A DNA stretch of 64,000 bases, taken from contig CAVVLO010000005.1 of NCBI GenBank assembly GCA_963749155.1, positions 384,001 to 448,000 on the forward strand. The letters are read 5' to 3'. The notes beneath the pieces were generated by a model that worked only from the letters and a program-made list of their open reading frames with translations, made no database searches and was not told the origin of the DNA. Positions 58,612 through 64,000 of the stretch are shown here, piece by piece. The stretch comes from an uncultured Armatimonadia bacterium. GTDB lineage: Bacteria; Armatimonadota; Zipacnadia; CAVVLO01. A program made the position numbers and the translations under genes. The number at the start of each line of letters is the position of its first letter. Positions within the stretch are counted from its first letter, which is position 1.

Positions 58612-59283
58612 ATGGGAAAAATTATGCTTCGCGATTTGCCTGAGGCCGTGTTATGGGATCTGGACGGCACGATTACCAACAGTATGCCGCTCATCTATGC
58701 GGTATATCAGCACCTGGACAGCACCTTGCTGCACCGCGAGGTCAGTCAGGAAGAGATCAGAGTGCGGTTCGGCCCCCCCGATGAGGTCGTAATCAGGAAC
58801 AGCTTCCCCCCTGAACTGGCAACTGAAGCCTGGGCCGAGTTCCAGCGGCATTATTCCCTTTGGCACAGTCGTTATGCGACAGTCTTCGAGGGCGTCCGGG
58901 AGGTACTGGAGGCCGTGCAAAAGGCGGGTCTGCCCCAGGTGCTGGTCACCGCAAAAGGCCAGTGGGCTTCGCATTTCTCGCTGCAACACGAAGACCTGCT
59001 TGATTATTTCGACTTTGTGGTCACGGGCACCGACGTGAAACACTACAAACCTCATCCCGAAAGCCTGCTGGTCGCACTGGCCAGGTTGGGAGTAGACGCA
59101 AGTCGCGCCGTTTATATCGGCGATTCGCGTGGAGACATCCTGGCGGCGCGCGCCGCTGGTCTTACGCCTGTGCTGACGACCTGGGAGGAAGGCGGCTTGC
59201 TGCCCAGGTTCGCCGCGCTGGAGCCCGAATATGTCGTCCATACCCCTGCGGAGCTTCACGACCTCTTGCTGAAGGCTGACTAG
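58612..59283 (+). CDS. HAD-superfamily hydrolase (Gph/PpaX-like)
   Basis: DLDGT, KPHP, IGDSRGD. Confidence 0.9.
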   Translation: MGKIMLRDLPEAVLWDLDGTITNSMPLIYAVYQHLDSTLLHREVSQEEIRVRFGPPDEVVIRNSFPPELATEAWAEFQRHYSLWHSRYATVFEGVREVLEAVQKAGLPQVLVTAKGQWASHFSLQHEDLLDYFDFVVTGTDVKHYKPHPESLLVALARLGVDASRAVYIGDSRGDILAARAAGLTPVLTTWEEGGLLPRFAALEPEYVVHTPAELHDLLLKAD

Positions 59284-59286
59284 CCG

Positions 59287-60190
59287 ATGAGCGCTCCCGA
59301 CCGCCCCTGTGATGTCTGCCACCGGGCCGAGTCCACCTGGCATATCACCGAATGGGCCGTCCACCTCTGCTCAGGCTGCCTGCCCCGCTATTTCGAAAAG
59401 AAAGTGAAGACCACCCTCACCAGCCTCGGCCAGATTAAAAGAGGCGACCGAATGATGGTGGGCGTCTCGGGAGGCAAGGACAGCGCTGCGCTATTAGGCG
59501 CGCTTCGGGCCTTGCAGAAGGACCTTTATTTCCATCTCACCGCCTTTTATGTCGACATGGGTCTTGAAGGCTATTCGGCCCAGTGTGAAGCCGCCATCAG
59601 GCAGCTCTGCGACCAGCTCCGAGTGCCCGCTTGAGGTGCTTCCACTTGCGAAATATGGCGTCCATATCGAAGCTGTGCGAAAATGGCCAGTCTGCGCCGT
59701 TTGTGGCATCTGTCGCCGCGCCCTTATCACGCGCGAGCTTACCCCTGACCGGTGCGAAGTACTGGCGACCGGGCATACCCTTGAAGATCAACTGCAATAT
59801 ATGGTCAAGAATCTCATCAGCGGACGTTTCTGGTCTCCGCAGCCTGTCCTCGAGGCGACCGACTACCTGCCGCGCAAGGTAAAACCGCTGTTTTTCATCC
59901 CCGAAGCCGCGACCGCCGCCTACACCGAGGTGCGCCAGCTGCCCCTGGCTGAGGCAATCTGCCCCCTGTTCGTCCCCGAGTCTCATTCTTTGAAGGAAGT
60001 AGCCGAAACTCTTGAGCAAGTCGCTCCAGGCAGCAAACTAATCGTCCTGCACAACCTGCGCAAACTGCTCAAGCCCAGAGTCGAAGCCCAAGAATGGCGT
60101 CCCTGCGCCGATTGCGGCACCCCAACTCCAAAGCAAATTTGTGACCTTTGCCGACTGCGCCGTGACCAGGAAGCCTCAAAACCCCTCTAG
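59287..60190 (+). CDS. TtuA/TtcA-family PP-loop tRNA thiolation protein; frameshift near 59628
   Basis: SGGKDS, CAVCGICRR, ATGH, plus N- and C-terminal Cys fingers (CDVC...CSGC; CADC...CDLC). Confidence 0.8.
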
Positions 60191-60252
60191 ATGCCCCAAT
60201 TTTTGTTTCCAATCCGTAAACATCCTGAAAAAGATTATCTCAACCCTAAACT

Positions 60253-60268
60253 TTGGCACGCTTCGTGC
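60253..60268 (+). promoter_or_regulatory. Putative sigma54 (-24/-12) promoter
   Basis: TTGGCACGCTTCGTGC: TGGCACG plus GG-N10-GC spacing, in an AT-rich intergenic stretch. Confidence 0.5.
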
Positions 60269-60483
60269 CTATACCTAAGGCAACAGAAGATATTTCTGAA
60301 TCTGGCCAGAGGTGAAAACGATGTTGAGATGGCTCTGTTCGATCGCCCTGCTTGGGCTCGCCAGTGTAGGAATTGGTCCAAAACACTGGGCGCCTGTCGG
60401 TTGTTAGGTTCCAGGTGGATGCGTCAGGGAAGGCGCGCGATTCCAATTCGCAGCTCGCTACGCACTAGAGGAGGAGACTAACT

Positions 60484-60720
60484 ATGTTGATTGCACTTGC
60501 AGCGTTGGTTTTTATGTTGATACTGGGCTTCACTTATTTTTCACTGGCTGCTACAACGCTGGCCTGGGTTCAACAAGGAGCAGAATGGTTCAGTCATATT
60601 TCGGGCATCGAGTGCGACCCTGTCAAGGTCGCCTTCGGTGCAGCGGTTCTGGCTGTCCTGATATTCATCGCACTGCTCAGGTTGTTCTGGAAGCAATACA
60701 CCCAAGAATTTAGCTACTGA
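60484..60720 (+). CDS. Small two-helix membrane protein (78 aa)
   Basis: GAGGAGGAG RBS; two hydrophobic segments. Confidence 0.7.
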   Translation: MLIALAALVFMLILGFTYFSLAATTLAWVQQGAEWFSHISGIECDPVKVAFGAAVLAVLIFIALLRLFWKQYTQEFSY

Positions 60721-60785
60721 CCTGGCTTGCCAGTTCCTGGCGCCTCCCTTATGCTGGAGGCACCAAGGCAAGCGGAGGCAGTCAG

Positions 60786-62124
60786 ATGAGAAGTTTGATT
60801 TTGCTTTTGGGACTGTTGCTCTGCACTAGTTCCAGCTGGGCGCTGGAGGTTAAGGAGGGGCAGTTCTGGTTCAGAGGCCAGCCGGTCACTTTGCTCGGAG
60901 ACAGCTTCCAGGGCGCGCTTGGCAACTCTGCTCTTGATTACGAAGCCTGGCTCGATGACGTGCAGAAAGAGGGCCTTAACTGCATCGCCTTCTGGGGGCT
61001 TTGGCCTGTTCGCCAGTGGTCTGATGGACGCAACTCCGACAGTGACCGCTGGGGTACGGATTATCCAGTCGAGGCCTTGATGCCCTGGGCAAGGACCGGC
61101 AAGAGCCCTGGTTTTGATGGCTTGCCGCAGTATGATTTTGGCAAGTGGGATGAACGCTATTGGCAGCGCATCCGCGACCTTTGCGATGCCGCAAGTGAGC
61201 GCGAACTCATCGTCCAGATAAGCCTCTTCGATGAGTGCCTTCTGGAGCCAGCCGTGCGCGGCAGTGCCCGAGGCTGGTGGTGGCATCCCTTCTGCTATCG
61301 CAATGGCGGCCCAATCAACAACGACCACGACGGCTTCGAGGCCTATGACCTTGCAAGTTCGCGTGTCCAGCTAGTGGAACGTCGTTATGTACGCCGGATG
61401 TTGCTTGAGACCGCCGAATTCGACAACGTCTGCTTCGAGCTGTGCAACGAAGGCTCGACCGCCAGCGATGAGTGGAACCTGTATTGGCTGCGCTATGTGA
61501 AGGCCCATAGCCGCGCCCCCATCGCGATGAACGCCGATTTTGGCCAGGCTCCGCCCGAGTTCTGGCTTGCTGCGCCGGAGTGCGATTACGTCACCTTCCA
61601 CCCCAGTTTCGACTTGGCGCAAAACGTTGAACTTTGGCGCCGCTATGCGGGTAAAGGCAAACCCGTGGTGATTGACGAGGCTAATCCCGAATATCAGGGT
61701 CTCGCAGGCGGCACGGGCCCTGAAGGCTTTTTGCCAGTTTTCTGGGCGGCTGCGCTGTGCGGGGGCCATTATATGCTGCAGGACGATTCGCCCTTTGGTT
61801 ACGGTTCAGCCACAACTCGCTACACCGAAGGCCACCAGGGTCGCAAACTGATTGCCCCACTCGGACAACTTTGCGGGCAAGGTGTTTTCCGCCCAACACC
61901 CGAGGTGGTATGCGGAGCCAGCTTTCGGCGCCTGGCTGGGGAAGCAGCTTGTGGTTTTTCTGCCCGAGGGCTGCGCGCAGGCTTCACTGGAAGCAAGCCT
62001 CGACCCGAAGCGGATCCGCTGGCTGGAGGTATTAACAGGTCAGTGGCTGCCCGAGCAAGCCCAGACTAGCCCTGCCAAACCAGCAGGGCTGAGCGGGCCA
62101 GCCGTAGCAGTGATCAGTTTTTAA
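60786..62124 (+). CDS. Secreted TIM-barrel glycoside-hydrolase-like protein (DUF4038/GH5-like); frameshift near 61900
   Basis: Signal peptide, NVCFELCNE, KPVVIDE; the C-terminal piece (RWLEVLTGQW) is in a second frame. Confidence 0.7.
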
Positions 62125-63089
62125 GCCCGGCCAGGCGGAACTTCCCAGTACATCAGATCGTGTGACCTGGCCAGTCCGAGTCTGTTGTAGCCGCGCCCGG
62201 AGTAATTGTTCCAGCGGTCCGGCTGGTCGACCCGTTGCGCATATAACAGGTAGAAGTAGCCATCGTGGGCGCGCCAGTCTACCAGGCTGGCAGCATTGCC
62301 GACTTGGTCAAAACCAGGCTCGCGGGGAACCTTCAGCCGCCTGAATCCCTGCCAGGCCAGCCAATCCTCGGGGTCATCGCCACTGCCCTTCATCCGGGCA
62401 AGACATGGATGGTGGTCGTCCTTGTCCATTTTTGTCCACAGCAGGTACCAGTGGCTGTCAATCAAAAGAAGCTGGTAGTTCTCGGCGCCTTCCAACTGAC
62501 CAAGTTTGCGCCAGCCAGAAGGACCGACGACCTCGGCGGTCGCAAGGGTGGGTGTCTGACGCTCCTTATAGGCCAGGTAGTATATCCCTTTGTGGCAGGC
62601 CAGTGCGGCATCGATAGCACGGATGCCATTGGTCAGGTTGGTCGCCAGCGGCAGGTAAGTCTCCCAGTGAATCAGGTCACAAGAGGTGGCATAGAAGAGC
62701 TGGTTGAGAGGTTCATCGCCCCAGCGGTTGAAGGTCAGATACCAGACTTCGCCTAGGCGCGTGATGTCTGGGCTGCAAGCCCCGCGCCAGCCCAGTTCCG
62801 CTCCGCTCCAGTTGAAGAGCGGTGCCGACCAGCGCACCAGGTCGGGTGAACGCACCCCAACGACATGGCTTCGTACCTCGCCTCTGTCCCAGTAGAAGGC
62901 CGAGAAGAAGCAGTAGAAGTTGCCCTCATGCCAGGTCAGGCAGGCATCTTTTATTGACCAGTCAGGATAGGCAAGAATTGGATTTTGAAGCTGTTGCCAG
63001 TCGAGGAACGGTACCTGGCCAGCCCAGGCAATAAACGTCCAGGCCAGCCAGAATATAACCAGCGACAACAGCAGGCGACGGAATCTCAA
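62121..63089 (-). CDS. Secreted beta-propeller glycoside hydrolase-like protein (GH32/43/130-like)
   Basis: Signal peptide, NPIL...IKD, repeated SxDLxxW motifs (SPDLVRW, SCDLIHW, SHDLMYW). Confidence 0.7.
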   Translation of the reverse strand: MRFRRLLLSLVIFWLAWTFIAWAGQVPFLDWQQLQNPILAYPDWSIKDACLTWHEGNFYCFFSAFYWDRGEVRSHVVGVRSPDLVRWSAPLFNWSGAELGWRGACSPDITRLGEVWYLTFNRWGDEPLNQLFYATSCDLIHWETYLPLATNLTNGIRAIDAALACHKGIYYLAYKERQTPTLATAEVVGPSGWRKLGQLEGAENYQLLLIDSHWYLLWTKMDKDDHHPCLARMKGSGDDPEDWLAWQGFRRLKVPREPGFDQVGNAASLVDWRAHDGYFYLLYAQRVDQPDRWNNYSGRGYNRLGLARSHDLMYWEVPPGRA

Positions 63090-63099
63090 GGGGCTGCAC

Positions 63100-64000
63100 T
63101 CACCTCTTCAGCAGATAGTGTAGCGCGCCCCGATGAGCTTCGGGCAGTTTGACTGTCGTCCCCTCTGGGCCGAAGCTACGCTCCAGTTCGATGGCATACA
63201 GGTTGAGCCCTGTGTGATAATCATCTCGATAGGCCTCTGCTGTTGACCAGTCACCCAGAGCGGCAGGCAGATAGAGTTCGGGCGCGCGGCAGAGAATCGC
63301 CAGCCCCGCTGTGTAGCCATCCGGCAGCCGTTCGGCTGGGACTAGCGCAAAGGCCACCTGGGCCGGCTCGGAGGTCACTCTCTTTTCCTTGCCATCGGCC
63401 ACGAACTGGTTCAGTCGATTGCAGGCGATGGCCAGGAGCTCTCCCTGATCGTTCAGCCGCCAAAAAACCGGTGCGGTCGAGCTCACACTAACCTGATGGC
63501 CGGCCACCCATTGGCCCTCCAGCCTCACCTGCATTGGCGGCAGCGTCAGACGCTCTACGATAGGCTTGTCCTGCTCCTCGTTACGGAAGAATCCCCCAGG
63601 CCATTGCTCAACAATGCCCTTAAAGTGAGGCGCAACTGCTACCGCGCCATTGCCAAAACGCGCGAAGAAGTAATCATCTCGCGTGCGAGAAAGCCATTCC
63701 GGGTTGTCCTCGGTCGGCGCTGCGTCCGACTTCGGATAGGCACCTAGCGTATCCAGCACCTCGAAAAGTGTCCGCACATCTTGCCCGGTGGAGGCGCTCT
63801 GGTCGTCGCGTAGCCTGCAACCGAGGAACACCGCGATGCCTTTACCAAGCTTGCGATAAGAGCCAATTATTCGTCCATCCACAGACCTCGCGGCGATTTG
63901 CACCTCGTCATATGCCACCTGCACCGGATAGGTGCGGTCAGGCAAAAGGTCGGTCAGCACCGGCATCGGCGCCACCTGGGCAAGCGGTCCTTCAAAACGC
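63100..64000 (-). CDS. C-terminal part of a large hypothetical protein entering from the right edge
   Basis: Open frame of at least 291 aa ending 10 nt before the next gene; no start with an RBS seen in the window. Confidence 0.6.
   Translation of the reverse strand, partial: RFEGPLAQVAPMPVLTDLLPDRTYPVQVAYDEVQIAARSVDGRIIGSYRKLGKGIAVFLGCRLRDDQSASTGQDVRTLFEVLDTLGAYPKSDAAPTEDNPEWLSRTRDDYFFARFGNGAVAVAPHFKGIVEQWPGGFFRNEEQDKPIVERLTLPPMQVRLEGQWVAGHQVSVSSTAPVFWRLNDQGELLAIACNRLNQFVADGKEKRVTSEPAQVAFALVPAERLPDGYTAGLAILCRAPELYLPAALGDWSTAEAYRDDYHTGLNLYAIELERSFGPEGTTVKLPEAHRGALHYLLKR

Noticed and set aside
8267..62124. Frameshifts in mtaB, gatA, gatB, the glmU-like gene, rnc, the 44.8-kb gene, the esterase, guaA, the ttuA-like gene and the 60.8-kb gene as pseudogenes or programmed frameshifting
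   Set aside because: They hit essential genes whose motifs are intact on both sides, and I saw no shared slippery motif; assembly indel errors are the simplest explanation.

Overview
A 64-kb, GC-rich bacterial chromosomal window, mostly housekeeping. It holds a six-tRNA cluster (Leu-GAG, Val-CAC, Gly-CCC, Gly-GCC, Cys-GCA, Leu-TAA), mtaB/fpg, nfeD-slipin, gatCAB, rplU-rpmA-obgE-proBA, a long minus-strand run (recG-rsmD-coaD-hyp-pta-ackA-yceD-rpmF-plsX-fabH-fabD-fabG-acpP-fabF-rnc), leuA and guaA-hpt-rho. These are interspersed with large secreted glycoside-hydrolase-like proteins and MFS transporters. The Terrabacteria-like gene order, a DUF6785-type membrane protein and the many secreted carbohydrate-type proteins suggest an Armatimonadota-like lineage (inference only). 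About ten genes, including essential gatA, gatB and guaA, are split by single-base frameshifts, which points to long-read assembly indels rather than real pseudogenes. Main leads: (1) a shell-less microcompartment 'satellite' appended to the fab-rnc operon, made of a divergent second acetate kinase and a class II aldolase with a 4-Cys motif and a C-terminal encapsulation-peptide-like helix; (2) an orphan gene bracketed by an exact 75-bp direct repeat of the neighbouring gene's 3' end, with no integrase; (3) a ~510-bp palindrome cluster of GTAG-type REP units with inverted ends upstream of recG; (4) a broken EVE-domain/PD-(D/E)XK nuclease islet next to tRNA-Leu that splits a family of tiny two-helix membrane proteins; (5) a circularly permuted ROK-family protein; (6) sigma54-like promoters in front of orphan genes. 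No CRISPR array, rRNA, integrase or transposase was seen.
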